64,000 bases of DNA, from positions 1 to 64,000 of the IMG/VR virus record IMGVR_UViG_3300027679_000366; one strand, written 5' to 3'. Under the pieces are notes generated by a model, which saw only the letters and a list, made by a program, of their open reading frames with translations, was not told where the DNA came from and ran no database searches. Position numbers and translations under genes: made by a program. Positions 1 through 8,114 of this stretch are shown piece by piece (the first letter of the stretch is position 1; each line of letters opens with the position of its first letter). The stretch comes from a virus. Its lineage: Duplodnaviria; Caudoviricetes.

Positions 1-143
1 GACATTTCCCAACCGCGGAACTTTGAGTGGTATTCTTCCATAACAGCGTCTTTGGCCATGGACAGCACGTCTGTGCGGATCTCGTAACCGTTCTTGCTGA
101 ATTTAACTTCTGGTAGTTTTGGTGTATCGAATGTGTTTGACAT
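1..143 (-). CDS. Conserved phage hypothetical protein (truncated by window start)
   Basis: Manual translation MSNTFDTPKLPEVKFSKNGYEIRTDVLSMAKDAVMEEYHSKFRGWEM; AGGAG RBS; homolog of 61399-61668. Confidence 0.9.
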   Translation of the reverse strand, partial: MSNTFDTPKLPEVKFSKNGYEIRTDVLSMAKDAVMEEYHSKFRGWEM

Positions 144-242
144 AATAATCTCCTGTGTGTAATGTCTGTATGTGACAGCAACTTTGCTGTCCATGTATTT
201 ATTATACAGTGTACAAGACTGTGTGTAAAGCTGAATGACTTA

Positions 243-815
243 TTAGCGAAACTTGTTTACTCTTTCTTCCACAAGTTGAATCACCACATCACTCAGCACA
301 ACTTCATAGTGGTTGTAGTCCACTTCTACTAGTTCCATATCAGCATGGTGTTTTTGACTAGCAACAGTAACTACGCCGTCATTATGTGCCAACATAAACG
401 GGCTTTGTCCTCGTACAGTAACAATATTAGTCCAAGGATGCTGTATTTTAATCTTATCTGCTTGTTTCATAGCCCACGAGTTGGGACCAATGTCACGCAT
501 TAGTCTACTGAATGGTAAAAAGTATTGTGCATAGTCCGCTACTTCAGCGCCACCATATGGTGTGCTTAGGGTAACAGCACCTTTAACAGCATTGGGCATT
601 GAGTTGGCTAGATGTAAACTGTATATGCCGCCCAAGCTATGTGCAACAAACACTATGTCAGTGCAGTTGCTCAAAGTTGACTGCATGTCTTCTAGGTTGT
701 TTTGAAACCCATTACGGCTGTCGTAGTTTAAATCTATGCCCGTGCCCAGTTTGCTCTTAATATAGTTGAAGCTCTCGCTGGTGGCGTTAGCACCGTGAAT
801 GTACACCAAGTTCAT
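243..815 (-). CDS. Alpha/beta hydrolase (esterase/lipase fold)
   Basis: YIHG oxyanion motif, AHSLGG nucleophile elbow, NDGVV and C-terminal NH; start set at MNLVYIHG. Confidence 0.85.
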   Translation of the reverse strand: MNLVYIHGANATSESFNYIKSKLGTGIDLNYDSRNGFQNNLEDMQSTLSNCTDIVFVAHSLGGIYSLHLANSMPNAVKGAVTLSTPYGGAEVADYAQYFLPFSRLMRDIGPNSWAMKQADKIKIQHPWTNIVTVRGQSPFMLAHNDGVVTVASQKHHADMELVEVDYNHYEVVLSDVVIQLVEERVNKFR

Positions 816-843
816 GCCAATATTTATCGGGCGCCGTACAGTG

Positions 844-957
844 TCAAGCCATAGTGATGGCAATAAAAGCCAACATAAACATCAATACTGCTCCCACAAT
901 GGGTAGCACAATATGTATGTGTTTGACCACATCTTCTACTGGATCATGCTCGTCCAT
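844..957 (-). CDS. 37-aa single-pass membrane peptide
   Basis: MDEHDPVEDVVKHIHIVLPIVGAVLMFMLAFIAITMA; conserved in arm B (60586-60699). Confidence 0.7.
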   Translation of the reverse strand: MDEHDPVEDVVKHIHIVLPIVGAVLMFMLAFIAITMA

Positions 958-1069
958 TGTACACAGCTTTAGATTCTTCTATGCGACCCTGACGAGCAAG
1001 ACTAGCCGCATAACGTGCTTCGCCAAATGCTACTATTACTGACCAGATGGTGTTTAATATTGTTTTCAT
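944..1069 (-). CDS. 41-aa hypothetical peptide
   Basis: MKTILNTIWSVIVAFGEARYAASLARQGRIEESKAVYNGRA; ATGA overlap with upstream ORF; conserved in arm B. Confidence 0.7.
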   Translation of the reverse strand: MKTILNTIWSVIVAFGEARYAASLARQGRIEESKAVYNGRA

Positions 1070-1242
1070 AGGTATTTTTCCTTTTGATAGTTAAACTGTT
1101 GGATATAGTTTTCTAATTGTGCGGCATCGGTAATGCCTTTGTCTGCTAGATACGCATCTAGACTTGATTGATATGATGAACCTGGGAACATTTCTGCTAA
1201 ACGTCCCATAATGGCCTGCATCTTTTCTGATAGATATTTCAT
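1066..1242 (-). CDS. 58-aa protein, possibly DUF3563-like
   Basis: MKYLSEKMQAIMGRLAEMFPGSSYQSSLDAYLADKGITDAAQLENY...; homolog at 60298-60477. Confidence 0.7.
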   Translation of the reverse strand: MKYLSEKMQAIMGRLAEMFPGSSYQSSLDAYLADKGITDAAQLENYIQQFNYQKEKYL

Positions 1243-1391
1243 TGTATGATTCCTCTGTATGTGTGTAGCTACTCATGGTTTCTACTGAGTATTTAGCAAG
1301 TATATGTGGCACTGCACAAATAATCAACCCTCTTGATTTCCATTCAAACAAATGTTACAATCAAATAAATACAGTAAGAGAGATTAACAAT

Positions 1392-1643
1392 ATGCGTAAA
1401 AGCACCCGTAGTATATTACAAGAACTAAGCGACATAGGCATCAAACGAGATACCGATTTGATCATAGAAAGCCGCGGTTCCAACTTGATCGACAGTGCTG
1501 TTAACCTATTGAAGCTGATACGTGAAAACTATGATGTGGAAACAGCCGCTGAATTGGAGCGCAGATTCATCAACAGCATACGCAGTGCTGACAGTAGCAA
1601 GTTCAAGCGCGGCATTAAAAAAATTCAAGAAGGCAAAGAATGA
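1392..1643 (+). CDS. Conserved phage hypothetical protein
   Basis: MRKSTRSILQEL...ELERRFINSI; TAAATA motif upstream; homolog 59902-60153. Confidence 0.85.
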   Translation: MRKSTRSILQELSDIGIKRDTDLIIESRGSNLIDSAVNLLKLIRENYDVETAAELERRFINSIRSADSSKFKRGIKKIQEGKE

Positions 1644-2566
1644 GCGGCTTTGCATTAGAACCAGCTGGCCTTTATGGTATTGAAGAACTGAACGACACAC
1701 GTTTGGGCGACACTGCCAAACCTAAAAAGAAGATCAACCCAGATGCTGTCAAAGGCATAATTGTACGCATACCACGTGAAGCATACGATGGCATTGTTAA
1801 ACAGGTACAGCCCATGTTAGATGAGTTGGGCACCAAAGGACATTGGACCAGCGGTTCAGCCGGTTCGTGGCACCCTAGCCATCCATACTACAAAATGGGT
1901 AGCATCAAGGACACTGCTGGTGACATTGACGTTCATATCAGCAGTAAAGAAATTGCCCCCAAGCTGGGACTGGACGCTGGTGCTGATGACGGCAAGGTAC
2001 GTGCGGCATTTGCACAGTATCTCAAACAGTCATTTGATGCTGTAACTCAAACAGGTGAACAGGTTCACTTGGGTATTGCAACAGGCGAGCAAGTGGATGT
2101 ACCTGCATTGGGCACCAGTGTGCCATCTTACTATCAAGTGGACTTTCCAACCACAGAACATGCCAGCAGTACTGTTAAACATCATGAGCATGACTATGCC
2201 AAAGACTACAAATATGACGGACAGGATCAACAGTTTGCCCTATCCAGTCTAGCCAACAGCGTTCCTGATCATCTTGAAAAGACATTCTTGTACTACGGCA
2301 TGGGTGGATCATTAAAGAATCGTGCTGACGGTGAAGTGTTGGAACGTGACATACACAAAATAGCCCAACGCTTGTTTAACGATCCCAATGCTAATCAAGA
2401 CTGGTTAGCCACGGTGGATCGCATACTACAGCATATTCCGCAAGGCATAGACAACCCACGTCTAGCACAGTTCAAGGGCGATATGATGAAGAAGTATCCA
2501 GATCGTTTCCTCAAAGAAGGATCAGCAGGCTGGTTCCGACTTATCTCTCAAAAAATAACCCTATAA
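1640..2566 (+). CDS. Pol beta/PolX-like nucleotidyltransferase
   Basis: GS...GDIDV (DxD) and later YQVDF third acid; same motifs in 59063-59905. Confidence 0.7.
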   Translation: MSGFALEPAGLYGIEELNDTRLGDTAKPKKKINPDAVKGIIVRIPREAYDGIVKQVQPMLDELGTKGHWTSGSAGSWHPSHPYYKMGSIKDTAGDIDVHISSKEIAPKLGLDAGADDGKVRAAFAQYLKQSFDAVTQTGEQVHLGIATGEQVDVPALGTSVPSYYQVDFPTTEHASSTVKHHEHDYAKDYKYDGQDQQFALSSLANSVPDHLEKTFLYYGMGGSLKNRADGEVLERDIHKIAQRLFNDPNANQDWLATVDRILQHIPQGIDNPRLAQFKGDMMKKYPDRFLKEGSAGWFRLISQKITL

Positions 2567-2652
2567 ACACCATTTTTATCAAAATGGCTAAATAAAATTA
2601 CAAAGGCTCACAGAGTAGTGAGTATTTGATAAGCATATTCGAGGAGATTATT

Positions 2653-3120
2653 ATGCCATCATTATTAGGAACAGCAGTCACAGTCAATTACGGCAGGATG
2701 ACACCACAAGATTCATACGGTACAGGTCCAGCATTCAGTAACTTTGGTACACGGTCATTACGTTTACTTAAAGTTGTTACAACTGGCGGTACAAACAACC
2801 TGACTTTAGGTGCAGACGGCGCAACTGGCCTATTCACAGATCAAAACAGCGTGTTTAGCCGTTGTGTTCGCGCACTGCAAACAATGGCCGAAGTTTATGT
2901 AGTTGGTGTTCCAGACTCTACATCATTCTTGGTGTTAGTAACTGGCGACACAGTAAACGATGCTACAACAACAAGCAACACCGCAGGTACAACTTACAAT
3001 GCATTGGAAGCTGTAATTGGTGCTTCAATGAACACAGGTGGATCAGCAACTGTTACTGCAACTGGTACAGCCGCTAACCCAGGTATTTTCGTTGGTGCCG
3101 CTCTAGGTACATTCGCTTAA
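2653..3120 (+). CDS. Probable small virion structural protein
   Basis: Thr/Gly/Ala-rich; late-promoter motif, strong RBS and own terminator; homolog 58564-58977. Confidence 0.6.
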   Translation: MPSLLGTAVTVNYGRMTPQDSYGTGPAFSNFGTRSLRLLKVVTTGGTNNLTLGADGATGLFTDQNSVFSRCVRALQTMAEVYVVGVPDSTSFLVLVTGDTVNDATTTSNTAGTTYNALEAVIGASMNTGGSATVTATGTAANPGIFVGAALGTFA

Positions 3121-3142
3121 TTCTCAGGGATGGGAAGCAACT

Positions 3143-3164
3143 AAGGACCTTCGGGTCCTTTTTT
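3143..3164 (+). terminator. Intrinsic terminator
   Basis: AAGGACC-TTCG-GGTCCTT followed by a T run. Confidence 0.9.
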
Positions 3165-3198
3165 GTTGGCTGACATTAAGTGTGCAGTTAAATACACG

Positions 3199-3600
3199 AT
3201 GGAATACAAGTTGTACACCACTATCGATATAACACATACTGGACAGTTTAGAAATGAGCCAGGGCGCGAACTTGAACGTTGGCAAGAACAAAACTTTAAT
3301 ACAATACTACAAACTATTGGCATACGTGCCAATATAACTTTTAGGCACGGGCCAGAACTATTTGAAATGGGCGGGCAAACATGTGGCTTTGAATTTGGCC
3401 ATACTGCCCGTGTTTGGCGTTTTGATTTTTATACTGAACAAGACTTTATGTTTGAACTTGATAACGACCATGTGGGAATTTTAAAAGAAATGTTTGCAGG
3501 TGTTCCGTACATAGCTGACCTGACTGAACAGGTTGAACAGAACTACGCTGTGTTTGTCACAGACGGTCCCAACCGAAATATTGTTTTTCATCAAAAGTAA
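3199..3600 (+). CDS. Conserved phage hypothetical protein
   Basis: MEYKLYT.DITHTG...QNFNT.LQT.GIR shared with 58086-58487. Confidence 0.85.
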   Translation: MEYKLYTTIDITHTGQFRNEPGRELERWQEQNFNTILQTIGIRANITFRHGPELFEMGGQTCGFEFGHTARVWRFDFYTEQDFMFELDNDHVGILKEMFAGVPYIADLTEQVEQNYAVFVTDGPNRNIVFHQK

Positions 3601-3609
3601 TAAATAACA

Positions 3610-3709
3610 TTGTAGGCAAATTCAGTACACGTAAACACTTAGGCATTCAATCATACATTAGGCACATGACTCGGAGCGAGTCCCTGACTTATAACATTGG
3701 AGAGCCCAG
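3610..3709 (+). promoter_or_regulatory. Conserved leader with three TAGGCA repeats and a hairpin
   Basis: TAGGCA at 3613, 3640, 3659; GACTCG-GAG-CGAGTC at 3668-3682; nearly identical to the reverse complement of ~57990-58055. Confidence 0.65.
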
Positions 3710-4057
3710 ATGGCCACAAAAGAAGCAGTAGCACAATTAGCTATGCTACCAGAGCGTGTAGCAATAGTTGAAACCAAAGTACACCAAATAGAAGAAAAAC
3801 TTGACGAACTCAAAGTGAGTGTCAAAGAAATGCATGACTGTCTAGACAACACCCGTGACCTGCTGGACAAAAAGCTGTGTGAAATGGCGGAGCAATCAAA
3901 TACTCAACATGCAGAACTAGCTGACAAAATCAAAGACCTACATGCAACCAAAGACAAGTGGGTCAAGTACTCATTGGCCGCCATGGCCTTTGCGGCAGGC
4001 GCTGGTTGGATCAACACCATGAACTTGCCACACTTATTAAAGTTCCTAGGCATGTGA
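3710..4057 (+). CDS. Coiled-coil protein with C-terminal TM helix (XhlA/holin-like)
   Basis: ERVAIVETKV heptads, then hydrophobic YSLAAMAFAAGAGWI. Confidence 0.55.
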   Translation: MATKEAVAQLAMLPERVAIVETKVHQIEEKLDELKVSVKEMHDCLDNTRDLLDKKLCEMAEQSNTQHAELADKIKDLHATKDKWVKYSLAAMAFAAGAGWINTMNLPHLLKFLGM

Positions 4058-4073
4058 TTCAGTTAAATACTGA

Positions 4074-4775
4074 ATGCACATAAACGAATTTGTCAAAGCT
4101 GTTACTTATCACAGCACACTAAATCCCAAGCTATGGACCGGTACATTCTTAAAACAGGATGTACGTCATAAACTCATGGCCATTGCACGGGACTTTGTAC
4201 GTTTTATTGCGCTTCCCCAAATTAATTTAAAAGACATAACCATCAGCGGAAGCAACGCCAGCTACGGTTACAGCGAATACAGCGATGTGGACTTGCATCT
4301 AATAGTTACCATGCCAGATGATCCTGTTGTGCGTGAACTGTTTGATGCCAAAAAGAACAACTACAATTTCAAACACAAGATACAGTTGCATGGCATCGAT
4401 GTGGAAGTGTATGTGCAGGATGCCAAACAAACACATCACTCAGCTGGCATATTCAGTGTGCTGAACAATCAGTGGATCACTAAACCCGAACACAAGACTC
4501 CAGAAGTAACAGACAAAGAAGTGCGTCAGAAAGCCCGCAGTTATGCCGTTATGATTAACAAAGCTCTCAAGTCAAATGACTTAAATACACTAGAAGATGT
4601 TGCGGCCGATTTAAAGAAGTTACGCCAAGCTGGTTTGGCCCGAGGCGGCGAGTTCAGCGTAGAGAACCTGGCATTTAAATTACTACGCAGTCGTGGCAAG
4701 ATTGGCGCAATACACAACAAGATTACTAAATTAAAGGATTCCGAATTGAGTTTGGAGAACACATATGAAAGTTAA
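4074..4775 (+). CDS. Nucleotidyltransferase (Pol beta superfamily)
   Basis: SGSNASYGYSEYSDVDLH (GS...DxD) and DVEVYVQD. Confidence 0.8.
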   Translation: MHINEFVKAVTYHSTLNPKLWTGTFLKQDVRHKLMAIARDFVRFIALPQINLKDITISGSNASYGYSEYSDVDLHLIVTMPDDPVVRELFDAKKNNYNFKHKIQLHGIDVEVYVQDAKQTHHSAGIFSVLNNQWITKPEHKTPEVTDKEVRQKARSYAVMINKALKSNDLNTLEDVAADLKKLRQAGLARGGEFSVENLAFKLLRSRGKIGAIHNKITKLKDSELSLENTYES

Positions 4776-5289
4776 AGAAATCACACTAGCAGAAGATACT
4801 TACGAAGTTACTACCAAACCCATGCCCGGTGCAACGTCCATTGAAGTGGGCGGTAAATCAGTTGGCACTGCTAAAGATCCACAAACTGCACAAACAGTTG
4901 CACAAGCGGCCAAAGATGGTAAGTTATCTTTGACTCCTCCAGGAACACAAGTTGGCGGCAACAGCAGTGTTCAAGAACAGCCAGGCAGTGATCCACAGAT
5001 GGCGGCCTTGCAAAAATTACTAACCACTGCACAACAACCGTGGGAACAAGCACAGATCAGATGGCGCATGGAGAATTTGAAATCCCAGCAATCATTAGCA
5101 GGTGAGCCAGGTGCTGGCATGGGTGCTCCAGTTGACGGCCGCGGCAATTTGATTCCAGTTCTTCCTCCTAAAGAATGGATGGCAAAGAATCCAAATGTTG
5201 TTAAACAATTACCCAACGAAGCATTGCCTCCAGAAATGCAACAGCCAGGCATGCTGGATCGTATCAAGGGATTAGCAGGTATCAAATGA
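4765..5289 (+). CDS. Hypothetical, probable head-associated protein
   Basis: MKVKEITLAE N-terminus and LDRIKGLAGIK C-terminus. Confidence 0.6.
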   Translation: MKVKEITLAEDTYEVTTKPMPGATSIEVGGKSVGTAKDPQTAQTVAQAAKDGKLSLTPPGTQVGGNSSVQEQPGSDPQMAALQKLLTTAQQPWEQAQIRWRMENLKSQQSLAGEPGAGMGAPVDGRGNLIPVLPPKEWMAKNPNVVKQLPNEALPPEMQQPGMLDRIKGLAGIK

Positions 5290-5501
5290 GAATAAACGAA
5301 CTTGTTGGCGAGTTTGGAATCTTCACAACCAATGAAGAAGCGGTGATTCTTAAAAAGCTAACACGGCCCGTTCCCTTATCTAGCCTAAGTGAACAAGAGC
5401 AATTCAAGATCGAGGGTCTGATCCGTAAAAGTTTGGTAACTAAGATAGGACAAGTTAATCCTAAAGTAGTAGCTAATGAACAAACCAAACACCAAAACTA
5501 A
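5286..5501 (+). CDS. Conserved small phage protein
   Basis: TTNEE...IRKSLVTK shared with 55994-56197. Confidence 0.8.
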   Translation: MRINELVGEFGIFTTNEEAVILKKLTRPVPLSSLSEQEQFKIEGLIRKSLVTKIGQVNPKVVANEQTKHQN

Positions 5502-5955
5502 AAGCAAACAAACCAACAAAACAAGACCAGATGTTAAAAAGCTGGCCGATGTACTGGATATTGAATTCAAAAAAATAGTACCCTTGATACCCCTGCCTGA
5601 TGGCAGTGTGGCATACAAAGATTACATTGTTAAGAAAAACAAAGCTGGAGCTTGGTGTATATATTCCAAGCACACTACCAATTACTCGCATGGTGAATTT
5701 AACCTTCAAACATGTGCGCTGGTAGCGGCCAAAGCACTGACACAACTGCAACTGCAACGCTATAACGAAATCAAGAGTTTAGACAACAAATACTGGAGCA
5801 ACTTCTATAGAACCAGTGTGTATCAGCACAACATCAAACTTGCAAAAGATTATGATAGGTACTTGATTCTGTTAAATAAGCTAGAAGACAGTACATGGAA
5901 GGCTAATCATTACAAAGAGGAAATCTCCAAGTTATTTCGATGGGCTTTTGTATAA
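5476..5955 (+). CDS. Conserved phage hypothetical protein
   Basis: LDNKYWSN...DRY.ILLNKLEDS shared with 55549-56007. Confidence 0.8.
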   Translation: MNKPNTKTKSKQTNKTRPDVKKLADVLDIEFKKIVPLIPLPDGSVAYKDYIVKKNKAGAWCIYSKHTTNYSHGEFNLQTCALVAAKALTQLQLQRYNEIKSLDNKYWSNFYRTSVYQHNIKLAKDYDRYLILLNKLEDSTWKANHYKEEISKLFRWAFV

Positions 5956-5983
5956 ATATTAGAAGATAGCTTAGGATATAATC

Positions 5984-7006
5984 ATGAACATTAGAGAACT
6001 TTCTCAACCAGTTACAAGCAAAAGACTTAACGAAAATATGGCAAAGCAGTTGGGATATAGATTAAACTTGGAAAAGTTTAGCGATGCCCAGTTGGAAGAT
6101 GCCCGTAACAAAATGCGCACAGAAATGAGCCAATTTGAAGTTAGTGAAAGCTTCGATAGTGTTAATGTAAGCCCACAGTATCAAAAAGTACGTATGCTAC
6201 ATGATGTTATCAATCAAGAGATTTTAGAGCGTGAAGCTTCTATGGAAGAAGGCGCAGATAATTTGCCAGGCAATCGAGAACGTCTTGATGTTAACAAAAA
6301 CGGCAAACTTGAAAAATCAGACTTTGCGGCATTACGCAAAAACAAAACTAAGAAAAAAGCAGAGGAAAGTATGGACCACAACATTTATTTAGGTAAGTTA
6401 GCTGTTAAAGCTCAGGAACATTCAGTTCCAAACAGTTGGATTGCCGATGCCATCCGACGTATTAATTTAGGCGAAAGCGATCAAGAAGAATTGGCCAGCG
6501 AATTACAACTGCGTTACGACCTAAGCGAAACAGTTGCCAATCGCATTGTATATCTAAACGAAGGCGAAGAAGAAAAAGCCAAAATCATTATGTCCACAAA
6601 GGACATGGTTGATCGTATTACAGGCTGGCTTGACGATGTGTCAGCTATGAAAGCCGAACAACTACTACAACTATTAGACTCTATAAGAGAAGAATTGGGG
6701 TCAGATGTCGCTGAACAATATACACAGGCAGTTCGTCCAGCATTAGAAGAAATTTATGCAGGCTTAGAAAAGGCACGTGGCGCATTGAGTTCAGGATTAG
6801 GAATTGTGTCAGGCCAAGGCGGCGGTGAAATGATGGGAGCTCCAACAGGTGCTCCAACAATGCCAGGCGAAGAAGGCATGAGTATGCCAGGTGCAGAAGA
6901 AATGACAGGTGCAGAAGATTTAGCAAGCCCAGCAGGCCGCGAAATGCGGGAGTCACAGTATAGCCGCAAGTTAGGCATCATGTTGGCACAATCAAAAAAA
7001 AAGTAA
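5984..7006 (+). CDS. Acidic helical protein, possible prohead core/scaffold
   Basis: Glu-rich, TATAAATA upstream, G/M/P-rich linker; ends in slippery TCA AAA AAA AAG TAA. Confidence 0.6.
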   Translation: MNIRELSQPVTSKRLNENMAKQLGYRLNLEKFSDAQLEDARNKMRTEMSQFEVSESFDSVNVSPQYQKVRMLHDVINQEILEREASMEEGADNLPGNRERLDVNKNGKLEKSDFAALRKNKTKKKAEESMDHNIYLGKLAVKAQEHSVPNSWIADAIRRINLGESDQEELASELQLRYDLSETVANRIVYLNEGEEEKAKIIMSTKDMVDRITGWLDDVSAMKAEQLLQLLDSIREELGSDVAEQYTQAVRPALEEIYAGLEKARGALSSGLGIVSGQGGGEMMGAPTGAPTMPGEEGMSMPGAEEMTGAEDLASPAGREMRESQYSRKLGIMLAQSKKK

Positions 7007-7332
7007 CTGAAAATTTAGATCCATTACTTATAACACTTCAAGCAGTAAAGGCTAACGCAGTAAACAATAATTCAGTCGCTCCATTAAGTTGGAGCGCATT
7101 GAATCAAGAGTTAGCAAAAAATCAAGCACCAGGCCTTAACTACAAGACATTTGTCAAACGTTGGAACGATCCTAAAGATCCTCTCAAAGCCAGCGGCTTA
7201 ATCAAGAAGTTTGACGGCAATCAATTAATTATTGACACAGGCAGTGACTCTGACAATCCAGAAGTACAAGCCAATCCTGCTCCAGATGTTTTGGATAAAA
7301 CAGCAATGGCCGCTACAAAAAGAGCACAATAA
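7003..7332 (+). CDS. -1 frameshift C-terminal extension of 5984-7006
   Basis: Frame is open from the A AAA AAG site (VTENLDPLL...), has no in-frame ATG near its start and runs into track ORF 7099-7332; same arrangement in arm B. Confidence 0.75.
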   Translation, partial: VTENLDPLLITLQAVKANAVNNNSVAPLSWSALNQELAKNQAPGLNYKTFVKRWNDPKDPLKASGLIKKFDGNQLIIDTGSDSDNPEVQANPAPDVLDKTAMAATKRAQ

Positions 7333-7335
7333 TAG

Positions 7336-7364
7336 TTGACACACTGCGCAATTGATAGTATAAT
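7336..7364 (+). promoter_or_regulatory. Consensus sigma70 (early) promoter, probably leaderless transcript
   Basis: TTGACA-17 nt-TATAAT with ATG 6 nt downstream and no RBS. Confidence 0.85.
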
Positions 7365-7370
7365 TGCGCT

Positions 7371-8087
7371 ATGACCTTACTTAAAGAACGATACGACTAC
7401 ACACCTTTGAACAGAGAAAGTGTAGAAGGCAAGCGTTTATACGCCACGCCGGACGGAGGTAAACTACCATCCGTCACAACAATCCTAGACAAGACCAAAC
7501 CGTGGGAAAAGGTACAAGCCTTACTCAATTGGAAGAAAGCTGTGGGTGAAAAGAAAGCCCAGGAGATTGTTACTGAAGCCGCAGGACGTGGAACACGTAT
7601 GCACAAGTTTCTTGAAGACTATATTGTGCAGGGTGTTATCAATGCTCCAGGCACTAATCCATACAGTGTACAAAGCCACAAGATGGCTAATCATATCATT
7701 GAACACGGACTTAAGAACGTGAACGAAATATGGGGTGTTGAAGTTGGCTTGTACTATCCAGGATTGTATGCAGGCACAACAGACTGTGTGGGATTGCATC
7801 TAAATGAGGCCGCCATTATGGACCATAAGCAAACCAATAAGCCCAAGAAGCAAGAATGGATTGAAGACTACTACTTGCAAATGGTAGCGTATGCCCTTGC
7901 ACACAACAAAGTACACGGAACTAACATTCAAAAAGGTGTTGTGTTTATGTGCGTTAAACCTCCCGAAATCAAGCCTATGACATGGGGCGACCCTGCTTAT
8001 CAGGAGTTTATTCTTACTCCAGACATGTTCGAGCACTGGGAAAAGCAATGGTGGAATCGAGTGGAACAGTACTACAATCAAAACTGA
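7371..8087 (+). CDS. PD-(D/E)XK exonuclease (RecB/Cas4/MGME1-like)
   Basis: LPSVTTIL, RGT.MH, YAGTTD, IMDHKQ, Q..AY motifs. Confidence 0.9.
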   Translation: MTLLKERYDYTPLNRESVEGKRLYATPDGGKLPSVTTILDKTKPWEKVQALLNWKKAVGEKKAQEIVTEAAGRGTRMHKFLEDYIVQGVINAPGTNPYSVQSHKMANHIIEHGLKNVNEIWGVEVGLYYPGLYAGTTDCVGLHLNEAAIMDHKQTNKPKKQEWIEDYYLQMVAYALAHNKVHGTNIQKGVVFMCVKPPEIKPMTWGDPAYQEFILTPDMFEHWEKQWWNRVEQYYNQN

Positions 8088-8114
8088 TAAATATCCTATA
8101 TAGAGGATATTATT

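Noticed and set aside
6994-7003. A-runs as homopolymer sequencing errors splitting genes (also 20963, 38884, 54498)
   Set aside because: The same frame relationship occurs in two independently diverged copies at both loci, and at the second locus both frames are conserved.
7371-8087. CRISPR-associated Cas4 or a CRISPR array
   Set aside because: There is no four-Cys Fe-S motif, no other cas gene and no repeat-spacer array; the TAGGCA repeats at 3613-3664 are far too short.
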